A DNA stretch of 23,133 bases, from the NCBI GenBank assembly GCA_049606355.1, contig JBMYVL010000014.1, forward strand, positions 1 to 23,133, read 5' to 3'. Origin of the DNA: Opitutales bacterium. Lineage in GTDB: Bacteria > Verrucomicrobiota > Verrucomicrobiia > Opitutales > Coraliomargaritaceae. How positions within the stretch are numbered: position 1 is the stretch's first letter; every line of letters begins with the position of its first letter. The notes under the pieces are model-generated. The model saw only the letters and a list, made by a program, of their open reading frames with translations, searched no databases and was not told the origin of the DNA. The position numbers were made by a program, and so were the translations under genes. Shown one piece after another: positions 11,098 through 19,447 of the stretch.

Positions 11098-11715
11098 ATG
11101 TCTGGCATCGAGCTATTTGTGGTGACTCTGACGGGTTATCTCATCGGGTCGATCAGCTTCGCAGTTCTGGTCGCGAAGAGCCAGGGCGTGGATATTTTTC
11201 AGGTGGGCAGCGGCAACCCCGGGGCTACCAATGTCAAACGCACGCTCGGTTCCAAGTGGGGCAATACAGTTTTCGCATTGGATGCGCTGAAGGGATTTGT
11301 GGCTGCCGGTTGGCCGATGCTGTGGCTGTGCGGCTCGGGTGATGCGGGCCTGCGCCTTGGCATTGTCGGTTTAGTGGCCGCGATCCTCGGGCACAGTTAT
11401 TCCGTATTTTTAAAGTTTCGCGGAGGGAAGGGGGTCGCCACCACGATGGGTGGTCTGCTCGCGGTCATGCCGCAGGTCTTATTGCTCGGTTTATTAGCTT
11501 GGTTGATCACTTATTACGCCAGTAAGATCGTCGCTCTGGCATCGATCCTCTTCGCACTGAGTCTACCCGTCTCCGCCTACTTTTTTTACGACAACAGTGG
11601 CGGTTCTGATCCGCGCCTCATCCTGGCCACGCTCTTGGCGCTACTGATTATCCTGCGCCACCGAGCGAACATTGTGCGCCTGTTACGTGGCGAGGAGAAT
11701 AGTTTCAAAAAGTAG
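11098..11715 (+). CDS. plsY: Glycerol-3-phosphate acyltransferase PlsY (acyl-phosphate dependent)
   Basis: 205 aa with an ATG start, 15 nt after serA. Contains the GSGNPGATNV motif, HSYSVFLKFRGGKGVAT and a multi-TM profile. Confidence 0.95.
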   Translation: MSGIELFVVTLTGYLIGSISFAVLVAKSQGVDIFQVGSGNPGATNVKRTLGSKWGNTVFALDALKGFVAAGWPMLWLCGSGDAGLRLGIVGLVAAILGHSYSVFLKFRGGKGVATTMGGLLAVMPQVLLLGLLAWLITYYASKIVALASILFALSLPVSAYFFYDNSGGSDPRLILATLLALLIILRHRANIVRLLRGEENSFKK

Positions 11716-11718
11716 CGC

Positions 11719-12909
11719 TCAGCCTTCGTCCGGAGTTGCCTCGTCTTTCGGGCGATAAAAGCGTGCATGCGTTTCAGAGAGAAAGCCGGGTAGGTCGACG
11801 TTGGCAAGAGTACGCGATGGGTCGACTTTGGCCACGGCTTCGGGCGTCGCGAAACAACCGGGGAACCAATCGCAGTCGCCTCCAAACATATTGTAACGCA
11901 TGTCGCCAAAGCTGGTTTGATCGTAGCATTTCCACATGCGGCGCATGCGCAGGACTTCCGGAATATTGATCCCGGACGGATCGTCCCGCATCTCAAAGCC
12001 TTGCCACGCGGACTCGGGGTCACGCAACTGGGCGGCATTCATGCGCTGCGTGATCTCCTGATCCGCCAGTGACAGCGGCACTGAAAATGGGAAAATACCC
12101 GCCATCTCTTCGACGTGTTCGGGTTCAGTGAGGCCAAAGCTGAGCGTGTGAATATTCGGATTGGACAAACACCAGCGGGCGTTGAATTGGATCGGGGTCA
12201 GCGGTGCGCACAGTTCGGTCAGGCGTGCGGAGGGCTCGTAAAGTTTGCCGCCTTTGTCATTCGGCGAAATGATAAACACCCCCAGTCCTTTGGCGGCCGC
12301 GTAGTCCACCGCGCCAAGATTGCGCTGCATGAAGTAATAGTAGTGCAGGTTGACGAAGCTGAACAACCCGGTCGCTATGGCATCGATGATGACCTCCAAC
12401 GGGCCATGCGTCGAAAAGCCGAGCTCCCCAATGATGCCCTCCTCCTTCATCTTCAGCAGTTCTTCGATGGGGCCGCCACTGCGGGTAAAGTGTGCTAATT
12501 TTTCGGCGGTATTGATGCCGTGCCAAGCATAGAGATCGATATGGTCGGTTTTGAGTCCGGTTAATTGCTCGTCGACGCATCGTCGTATGCCATCCGCGGA
12601 ATCCGCATTACCTTTGGTCATTAAATGATAGGCATCGCGTCGCCAACCGAGCACGTCGTTGAGCGCGATGCCATGGCAGTACTCACTTCTCCCGTAGCCA
12701 TAGGCGGTTTCAATATGATTCACCCCCTGCGCAAAGGCGCGCGCCACGATGTCCGCGCACTGATCGATCATCTGAGTCGTAGGTTGATCACGTGGTTCGC
12801 TCCAGCCATCGTGGTAGCGCATGCCGCCCAGAGTGATCGTCGACAGCCAGCGGTTGGTTTTGCCAAATTTGCGGTACTGCATGGATGGCTGCTGGTTGAT
12901 GATTTTCAT
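11719..12909 (-). CDS. Aldo/keto reductase family oxidoreductase with a ~100 aa C-terminal extension
   Basis: The track ORF (to 13158) starts at TTG and would overlap the divergent hom start. The ATG at 12907-12909 (MKIINQQPSMQYRKFGKT...) or at 12880-12882 (MQYRKFGKT...) gives a normal AKR N-terminus. AKR motifs: GVNHIETAYGYGRSE, HIDLYAWHG, GELGFSTHG. Confidence 0.85.
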   Translation of the reverse strand: MKIINQQPSMQYRKFGKTNRWLSTITLGGMRYHDGWSEPRDQPTTQMIDQCADIVARAFAQGVNHIETAYGYGRSEYCHGIALNDVLGWRRDAYHLMTKGNADSADGIRRCVDEQLTGLKTDHIDLYAWHGINTAEKLAHFTRSGGPIEELLKMKEEGIIGELGFSTHGPLEVIIDAIATGLFSFVNLHYYYFMQRNLGAVDYAAAKGLGVFIISPNDKGGKLYEPSARLTELCAPLTPIQFNARWCLSNPNIHTLSFGLTEPEHVEEMAGIFPFSVPLSLADQEITQRMNAAQLRDPESAWQGFEMRDDPSGINIPEVLRMRRMWKCYDQTSFGDMRYNMFGGDCDWFPGCFATPEAVAKVDPSRTLANVDLPGFLSETHARFYRPKDEATPDEG

Positions 12910-12987
12910 AGTGAACCGAAACAAGTCTGATCTTGAAACTTTGCAAACCTGATATTGGCTCACTGCTACTAAATTCACAAAAACTGT

Positions 12988-14313
12988 ATGTCTGAGAAAC
13001 GCACCATTCGTATCGGACTGCTTGGTTTCGGCGTTGTCGGACAAGGAGTTTGGAAAAATATCGAGCACAACCGCAGTGCTCTGGAGTACCGTCTGGGCGT
13101 GCAACTCGCGATCACCCAAGTTGTGGTCAAAAACCTCGATCGTGAGCGGGAAGTTCAAGTGCCGGCGACCCAGCTATCTGCGGATCCGGCTACCGTGGTG
13201 GACAATCCGGACATCGACATCGTCTGTGAGCTGATGGGCGGGACCGGTGAGGCGCTCGAGTTGACGCGTCGCGCGCTGCAACAGGGTAAGATCGTGGTGA
13301 CTGCCAACAAAGCATTGATCTGCGAGCATGGGGAAGAGCTCTTCAAGGTCGCGCAGGCACACGGCGGACATTATTTTTATGAAGCCTCGGTCGCGGGCGG
13401 TATCCCGATTATCAAAACAATACGCGAGGCCTTGGTCGCCAATCGCTTTAAGCTCATCTTTGGCATTCTAAACGGCACCTCGAATTATATTCTCACCCGT
13501 ATGGAGCGCGAGGGCCTGAGCTTTGAAGCCACCCTTGGTGATGCGCGCGCGCTCGGCTATGTGGAAGCCGATGAGGCGCTGGATCTCGACGGTATTGATG
13601 CCGCGCACAAAGCCGTGATTTTAGCATATCTGGCGCACGGTAAATGGGTGAAATTGCAGGACATTATTTGCGAAGGTATTCGGGCGATTACCGGCGATGA
13701 TATCGCCATTGCCAGCACGCTCGGTTACAAGATCAAGCTGCTTGCTGTGATCGCGCGTGATTTCGAGGCCAACAAATTGTCGGTGCGCCTGCATCCGGCG
13801 CTTATTGCCAAGAGCGAGGTGATCGCCGGCGTGGACGAGGTCTACAATGGGGTGAGTGTGACCGGTGATGTGGTCGGTACGACGGTATTGATTGGGCGTG
13901 GTGCCGGCCAAGATGCCACCTCGAGTTCGGTGATCAGTGACATCGCGGATGCGGTTTCGATGGTGCAGGGCGCACCGGATCCGGTGATCAGTGAAGAAGA
14001 TGAAGCCGTCTACCAAAAACTGGCGGAAGGACTGGAACTCACCGAGCCCGATGAGCTGGCCGGCCGTTACTACCTGCGCGTGCACGTCAAAGATGAAGAA
14101 GGGGTTTTCGCTAAAGTATCGAACTTGCTGGCTGCCCAGCACATCAGTTTGGCAACGGTGAATCAGAAGGAACTCGAGGATGGCACGGCGCTGATTATGC
14201 TAACCACGCATGCGAGTGACGAGCGGGCGATTGCTGCGGCTAAGTCCGCACTTGAGGCAGAAGCCGCAGTCTTGAGTGCGCCGGTGAGTTTCCGGATCTT
14301 TGATCCAAGCTAG
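12988..14313 (+). CDS. hom: Homoserine dehydrogenase with a C-terminal ACT domain
   Basis: 441 aa with an ATG start. The N-terminal Rossmann motif is IRIGLLGFGVVGQGV. Also present: VTANKALI, YFYEASVAGGIPII and ILNGTSNYILT. The ACT-like tail is YYLRVHVKDEEGVFAKVSNLLAAQHISL. Confidence 0.95.
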   Translation: MSEKRTIRIGLLGFGVVGQGVWKNIEHNRSALEYRLGVQLAITQVVVKNLDREREVQVPATQLSADPATVVDNPDIDIVCELMGGTGEALELTRRALQQGKIVVTANKALICEHGEELFKVAQAHGGHYFYEASVAGGIPIIKTIREALVANRFKLIFGILNGTSNYILTRMEREGLSFEATLGDARALGYVEADEALDLDGIDAAHKAVILAYLAHGKWVKLQDIICEGIRAITGDDIAIASTLGYKIKLLAVIARDFEANKLSVRLHPALIAKSEVIAGVDEVYNGVSVTGDVVGTTVLIGRGAGQDATSSSVISDIADAVSMVQGAPDPVISEEDEAVYQKLAEGLELTEPDELAGRYYLRVHVKDEEGVFAKVSNLLAAQHISLATVNQKELEDGTALIMLTTHASDERAIAAAKSALEAEAAVLSAPVSFRIFDPS

Positions 14314-14372
14314 ACAAGCCGACGGCTCCCGCACTAGGCTTCCGCGCTTTGTATCCCACATAGAATTTACTC

Positions 14373-15596
14373 ATGGCACTCATTGTTCAAAAATACGGCG
14401 GCACATCGGTCGGCGACGTCGATCGCATCAAAAACGTGGCGCGCCGTGTTAAAGAGACCTACGCTGCAGGCAACCAAGTCATCGTGGTGGTGTCGGCACG
14501 TTCCGGTGTGACCAACGAGCTGATCGGCCGCGCCAAGGCCCTCAACCCCCATCCGGATGAGCGCGAGATGGATTTACTGCTGACGGTGGGCGAGCAAGAG
14601 ACGATTGCACTCACGGCGATGGCGCTGCATGCACTGGGCGTGCCGGCGGTCTCTCGTACTGGTCGCGAAGCGGGAATTTTGACGGACCCCGCGCACACTC
14701 GGGCGAGGATCACGCACATCTCTGGCGGCGACATTCAGGAACAGTTGGACGCTGGCAAGGTGGTCATTCTGGCAGGCTTTCAGGGGCACTCACCCGAGGG
14801 GCAAATCACCACGCTGGGGCGCGGCGGTTCGGACCTCAGTGCGATTGCGATCGCCGCCGCATTGAAAGCGGACCTGTGCCAAATCTGCACCGATGTGGAT
14901 GGCGTCTATACCGCCGATCCGCGCGTGGTACCGAATGCCACCAAGTTGAATGAAATCGCCTACGAAGAGATGCTCGAACTCGCGAGTTCGGGCTCTAAAG
15001 TCATGCAGAATCGTGCCGTTGAATTTGCTCAAAAATACAATGTCGTATTTGAAGTACGCTCCAGTTTTAACAACAACCCCGGAACTATTGTGAAAGAAGA
15101 AGCCGCCTCCATGGAAGACGTCGTCGTGAGCGGCGTAGCGCTCGACAAGAATCAGGCCAAGATTGTGGTCAGCGATTTACCGGACCGACCCGGCACGGCC
15201 GCCAAGCTGTTTAAAGCACTGGCGGAGGCCGGCATCAGTGTCGATATGATCGTGCAAAACCTCGGCCGTGAAGGGAAGGCCAACATGACTTTTACGGTAC
15301 CGCGCGATGACATCTATCGGGCAGAGAAGACGGTAGCAGAGTCGTTCCCGGATGAGGCGCAGGGCAAGTTGTTTGAAGCCAGCGATATTGCGAAGGTCTC
15401 CGTTGTCGGTGTCGGGATGCGCTCTCATTCGGGGGTCGCGGCGAAACTGTTCGAAGCTTTGGCCGAAGCGAGTGTGAATGTTCAACTGGTGAGTACCTCC
15501 GAAATCAAGATCGCCGTGGGGATTGACCCGCAGGATGCGGAAGCCGCGACTCGCATTGTACACAACGCTTTTGACCTCGGCGCAACTGCAGATTGA
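14373..15596 (+). CDS. lysC: Aspartate kinase, monofunctional class with two ACT domains
   Basis: 407 aa with an ATG start. The N-terminus is MALIVQKYGGTSVGD. Also present: VVVSARSGVTNELI, TLGRGGSD and VYTADPR. The tandem ACT repeats are IVVSDLPDRPGTAAKLFKALAEAGISVDMI and VSVVGVGMRSHSGVAAKLFEALAEASVNVQLV. Confidence 0.95.
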   Translation: MALIVQKYGGTSVGDVDRIKNVARRVKETYAAGNQVIVVVSARSGVTNELIGRAKALNPHPDEREMDLLLTVGEQETIALTAMALHALGVPAVSRTGREAGILTDPAHTRARITHISGGDIQEQLDAGKVVILAGFQGHSPEGQITTLGRGGSDLSAIAIAAALKADLCQICTDVDGVYTADPRVVPNATKLNEIAYEEMLELASSGSKVMQNRAVEFAQKYNVVFEVRSSFNNNPGTIVKEEAASMEDVVVSGVALDKNQAKIVVSDLPDRPGTAAKLFKALAEAGISVDMIVQNLGREGKANMTFTVPRDDIYRAEKTVAESFPDEAQGKLFEASDIAKVSVVGVGMRSHSGVAAKLFEALAEASVNVQLVSTSEIKIAVGIDPQDAEAATRIVHNAFDLGATAD

Positions 15597-15671
15597 GCGG
15601 CGCACCCTTGGAGGACTGCGCAGCCGCTCATAGCGATGGTTCGCCGGTTTAGTTTTTAATTCGATTGCTTC

Positions 15672-17027
15672 ATGCACTACATCAGCACACGTGGCCAAGT
15701 GCCCCCCGTCTCATTCTCAACTGCGGTCGAGCAAGGGCTCGCTCCGGATGGGGGGCTCTACCTCCCGGAAGTTCTGCCCGACTTGAAGCCGCATTTGGCC
15801 GCGTGGGAGTCGCTCGATTACGCGGCACTGTGTGAGGCCTTTTTTGCCTTATTTGCGACCGATCTGGATCGCGCCGAGTTGCACCGCATCGTGCAGCGCT
15901 CCTACACGAAATTTGACGCGCCGGAAATCGCACCGATCCACCAGTTGAGTGCGGACTGCTCGGTGCTCGAGTTATTTCACGGCCCGACGCTGGCCTTTAA
16001 GGACTTTGCCCTTCAATTGCTGGGCAACTTTTACGAGGCTCAGATCGCCCGTACGGGCCGGCCCATCTCAGTACTGGGTGCGACTTCCGGAGATACGGGT
16101 GCCGCCGCCATTCATGGCCTGCTGGGAAAACAAGGCGTAAGGACATTCATCCTCTATCCGGACGGCCGTATTTCACCGCTGCAAGAGCGGCAAATGACAT
16201 GTACGGGGGCCGATAATGTGTTTCCCTTGGCGATCAAGGGCAGCTTCGACGATGCCCAGACGGCGATGAAGACCGTCTTTGAAGATCGAGACTTCGCTGC
16301 CGAAGTGGGCCTTTCCGCGGTGAACTCGATCAACCTTGCGCGGATCCTGGCGCAGTGCGTGTACTACCTGTCGGCGTTTTTCCGCTTGCCGGCAGCGCGC
16401 CGTGAGCAGACCACCTTCGTCGTGCCGACGGGTAATTTTGGCAACGTGTTGGCGGGGTGGCTGGTTCAGCGTATGGGCGTGCCGATCAAGGGCTTCCGCG
16501 TCGCGACCAATCAAAATGACATTCTGCACCGTCTCTTTAAGAGCGGCACCTACGAACTGGAGGCAGTTGCCCCCAGCTTAGCGCCCTCGATGGATATTCA
16601 GGTGGCATCGAACTTCGAACGTTTTCTCTATTACGCGGTGGATTGCGATAGCGCCAAAGTGCGGGAGATCATTCATACCTTCAAAACCACCGGTACGTAT
16701 GTCTTTGAAGCCTTTGACCGTGCGAGCTTTAGCAGTTCACGCACCGATGACGCCGAAATCGGCGCGATCATCAAGCGTGTGTATGACAGCTACGGCTATG
16801 TGATCGACCCACACACCGCCTGTGGCTTTGCACCGATGGCAGGGGCAGGCCCCGAGTTGATCTTGTCGACCGCGCATCCGGCTAAATTCCCCGAGACCAT
16901 CCATGAGAGCATCGGTATCGACAGTACGCACCCGTCCTTAGAGGCCTTAAAGCGTCGCGAGATCGTTAAGCATGCGGTGGAGCCGACCCCGAAGGCGATC
17001 AAGGCCTTCATGCGCGCGCATGTGTAG
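15672..17027 (+). CDS. thrC: Threonine synthase (long type)
   Basis: 451 aa with an ATG start. The N-terminus is MHYISTRG. The PLP-lysine motif is LELFHGPTLAFKDFA. Also present: ATSGDTGAAA and VPTGNFGN. Confidence 0.95.
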   Translation: MHYISTRGQVPPVSFSTAVEQGLAPDGGLYLPEVLPDLKPHLAAWESLDYAALCEAFFALFATDLDRAELHRIVQRSYTKFDAPEIAPIHQLSADCSVLELFHGPTLAFKDFALQLLGNFYEAQIARTGRPISVLGATSGDTGAAAIHGLLGKQGVRTFILYPDGRISPLQERQMTCTGADNVFPLAIKGSFDDAQTAMKTVFEDRDFAAEVGLSAVNSINLARILAQCVYYLSAFFRLPAARREQTTFVVPTGNFGNVLAGWLVQRMGVPIKGFRVATNQNDILHRLFKSGTYELEAVAPSLAPSMDIQVASNFERFLYYAVDCDSAKVREIIHTFKTTGTYVFEAFDRASFSSSRTDDAEIGAIIKRVYDSYGYVIDPHTACGFAPMAGAGPELILSTAHPAKFPETIHESIGIDSTHPSLEALKRREIVKHAVEPTPKAIKAFMRAHV

Positions 17028-17153
17028 GTGAGGGGCGTGTGGCTCGGTCGGCCAGGGCCACTATGTGCGCAACCGCGCTAAGGCTCGCGTCTGTGCAAGC
17101 GGACCAGTCCACTCACGGCAGCGGGCACATATCTTCGCCGCAGCGCAGGTGTA

Positions 17154-17792
17154 TTACTGCGGGTCATCGAGTTTCCGATACAGATGGATATCCTGATCGC
17201 CAAAGTAGGCGATGAAGATCGCGCCCTCGCCGGCGAGCGCGTCAAAGAGTTTGAGCATCATTTCCTGCTCCCCCGGCCACGGATAGGCAAAGAAGAGGTC
17301 GATCTCATCGATACCGAGATCCATGTCCGGATAGCTGGGGCGTGCCTCGCTCGCTTGGCTGAAATTATCGGAGACAATGTCCGTGGTGCCAAAGTTCTCG
17401 TATTCGATGATGCCCTCAGGAATATAACTGCTGCAGATCAACTGGGCAGTGAGTCCCTGATCCGCGAGCAGCTCCGTGGCGATATCGACGAGGTCGGCTT
17501 GGACCTCGATCCCACTGGCAGCATAGCCGAGCTGGGCAGCGAGCCCCGTCGCGACGCCGAAGCCGCTGCCCCATTCCAGAAAAGTCTCGCCGATCGCTAA
17601 GCCTTGCTCGCTTACATAGTGCAAGGCCGCATAGACCTGCGCGGGTTCGCTGGGAACATAGCGCGGGTAACGCTTATGCAGTTGGGCATCGTAAAAAGCC
17701 TCACAACGGCGATCCGCAGCATCGATAAAGCGCTGTGCCGCGGCAGGGACGGCAACCGCCGGCGCTGGATAAGGGAGCTCTTGGTAGGCCAT
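17154..17792 (-). CDS. Class I SAM-dependent methyltransferase-fold protein, substrate unknown
   Basis: 212 aa with an ATG start, 8 nt after the hslR stop. Motif I-like FLEWGSGFGVATGLAA is followed by the acidic beta-2 end ASGIEV. Nothing more specific was recognised. Confidence 0.65.
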   Translation of the reverse strand: MAYQELPYPAPAVAVPAAAQRFIDAADRRCEAFYDAQLHKRYPRYVPSEPAQVYAALHYVSEQGLAIGETFLEWGSGFGVATGLAAQLGYAASGIEVQADLVDIATELLADQGLTAQLICSSYIPEGIIEYENFGTTDIVSDNFSQASEARPSYPDMDLGIDEIDLFFAYPWPGEQEMMLKLFDALAGEGAIFIAYFGDQDIHLYRKLDDPQ

Positions 17793-17800
17793 ATCGCTGC

Positions 17801-18187
17801 TTAATAATCCGAATCCGGTGCTAACAGGCGCTCGATGGTGCGCCGGTCTTTTTTGGTCGGCCGACCGCCGCCCGCATGCTTAAAGAGCCGGGCATTGGCA
17901 CGTTTTTCCGAAGCATCGTCATACTCGGATTGTGGCGTTTGGTCCTCCAGGTAGTCGGCGACCACGGCAGCCCCGACCCGCTTCTCGGTAAGTCCGATAA
18001 CGTGCAGGGTACGGGTCAATGCCTTGGTGCGCGCGATTACCGTATCACCGCGGCGCAGCTTGGCGGCCGGTTTGGCGATCGTGCCATTGATGCGCACGGC
18101 AGAGCCGCGGCAGGCATCGGCGGCATCGCTGCGGGTCTTATAGACACGCACAGCCCACAACCATTTATCGATGCGGACGGGCTCCAT
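17801..18187 (-). CDS. hslR: Ribosome-associated heat shock protein Hsp15-like S4-domain RNA-binding protein
   Basis: 128 aa with an ATG start, 6 nt after the patB-like stop. MEPVRIDKWLWAVRVYKTRSDAADACRGSAVRINGTIAKPAAKLRRGDTV parallels E. coli HslR (LDKWLWAARFYKTR...). The C-terminal GGRPTKKDRRTIERLL parallels RRPDKKERRDLLRF. Confidence 0.85.
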   Translation of the reverse strand: MEPVRIDKWLWAVRVYKTRSDAADACRGSAVRINGTIAKPAAKLRRGDTVIARTKALTRTLHVIGLTEKRVGAAVVADYLEDQTPQSEYDDASEKRANARLFKHAGGGRPTKKDRRTIERLLAPDSDY

Positions 18188-18193
18188 GGCAGG

Positions 18194-19351
18194 TTAACGC
18201 TGTTTGACTGCGGCGATCATTTTGTCGAGAGCGGCTTCGAGCCGTGAGCGTGGGCAGCCAAAGTTGAGACGCAGGTGCTGTGCGCCATCAAAAGGCGTGC
18301 CGTCGGATAGGCCGACACCGTGCGCTTCGAAAAAGGCGACGGGCTGGTCGAGTTGTAGCTGGCTGACATCAAACCAGGCCAAGTAAGTCGATTGCATCGG
18401 GCGAAACGAAATTTCGGGGAGCTCGGTTTGGATGGTCTGGTAAACGAGTTCGTAGTTGCTGCGTAGCGTCGCGAGCAGCGCTTGGCGCCAGGGCTCACCA
18501 TGCTTGTAGGCCGCTGCACAGCCTGCGTAACCAAAGCAGTTCACCTCGGTGATGATGCCGCGGATCGTTTTTTGAAAGTGCTGGCGCAGCTTGCTGTCCT
18601 CGATCACTGAGAACGCGCAGGCGAGACCCGGGAGGTTGTAGGTCTTGCTGGGAGCCATCAGCGTGACGGTACGCTTGGCAATCGTCTCGCTGAGGGTGGC
18701 GGTAACGATGTGCTCCGCCTGCGGATCAAACACGAGGTCGCAGTGGATCTCATCCGAAATCAGGATCAGGTCGTGTCGCTCGCAGAAGTCAGCGAGGCGG
18801 GTGAGTTCCTCACGGGTGTAAACACGGCCCACAGGATTGTGCGGGCTGCAGAGCACAAAGACTTTTGTGTTTGCTTGGATGGCGGCCTCCATGGCTGCGA
18901 AGTCAAGGGTCCAGGCGTCATCAGCATTCAGGCACAGGGGGACTTTGATCAGTTCGCGCCCCGCGTAGTCCGGTGCAGTGAGAAAAGGCGGATAGACCGG
19001 TGTGGCAGTCATCACCGAGTCCTGTGGCCCGCAAAAGGCGTGGCAGCACAGATTGATCGCGGGCACGAGGCCCGGTAGGAAATTGAGCCAGCTGCCCCGG
19101 ACTGCATAGCCGTGTTGCTGCTGGAGGTAGTTGCAGACTGCTTCGACAGGTTCGGCGTAGGGTATGGTGTAGCCGAATACACCGTGGTCGAGGCGCGCTT
19201 GCAGTGCGGCACGGATCTCTGGCGCGGTCTCAAAATCCATATCGGCAACCCACAGTGGCAGAATCGCGCGCCCTTTGTACTTGTCCCATTTCAGCGAGCC
19301 GTAACCGGCGCGTTCGGGGCAGGTGTCAAAATTGTAGGTCGGAGGTGTCAT
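18194..19351 (-). CDS. MalY/PatB-family PLP-dependent C-S lyase (cystathionine beta-lyase type, aminotransferase class I/II fold)
   Basis: 385 aa with an ATG start. The N-terminus FDTCPERAGYGSLKWDKY...LPLWVADMDFETAP is typical of PatB/MalY. Also present: CSPHNPVGRVYTREEL, LISDEIHCDLVF and the PLP-lysine motif MAPSKTYNLPG. Confidence 0.85.
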   Translation of the reverse strand: MTPPTYNFDTCPERAGYGSLKWDKYKGRAILPLWVADMDFETAPEIRAALQARLDHGVFGYTIPYAEPVEAVCNYLQQQHGYAVRGSWLNFLPGLVPAINLCCHAFCGPQDSVMTATPVYPPFLTAPDYAGRELIKVPLCLNADDAWTLDFAAMEAAIQANTKVFVLCSPHNPVGRVYTREELTRLADFCERHDLILISDEIHCDLVFDPQAEHIVTATLSETIAKRTVTLMAPSKTYNLPGLACAFSVIEDSKLRQHFQKTIRGIITEVNCFGYAGCAAAYKHGEPWRQALLATLRSNYELVYQTIQTELPEISFRPMQSTYLAWFDVSQLQLDQPVAFFEAHGVGLSDGTPFDGAQHLRLNFGCPRSRLEAALDKMIAAVKQR

Positions 19352-19447
19352 GCGTGGCTTACGATCAACGCTGTGCGCGCTGCCTGCAAATCATTTTGCG
19401 TGTGGTATTAGGTTGCCTCGGCAGGCGATCGTGTACGGGGTAGGGGG

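Noticed and set aside
12910-13158. An 83-codon N-terminal extension of the aldo/keto reductase ORF.
   Set aside because: It is TTG-initiated, precedes the conserved AKR N-terminus, and would run through the divergent promoter region and overlap the hom start at 12988.
14314-14372. Possible lysine riboswitch or leader upstream of lysC.
   Set aside because: The spacer is only 59 nt with no substantial helices, which is far too short for an L-box or a leader-peptide attenuator.
17028-17153. A 126 nt convergent spacer between thrC and the methyltransferase gene, as a possible sRNA or bidirectional terminator.
   Set aside because: It holds only modest hairpins (for example GTGGCTC...GGGCCAC at 17039-17061 and GCGCaaccGCGC at 17067-17078). 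There are no U-tracts, no recognisable RNA family motifs and no ORF. The evidence is insufficient to call a feature.
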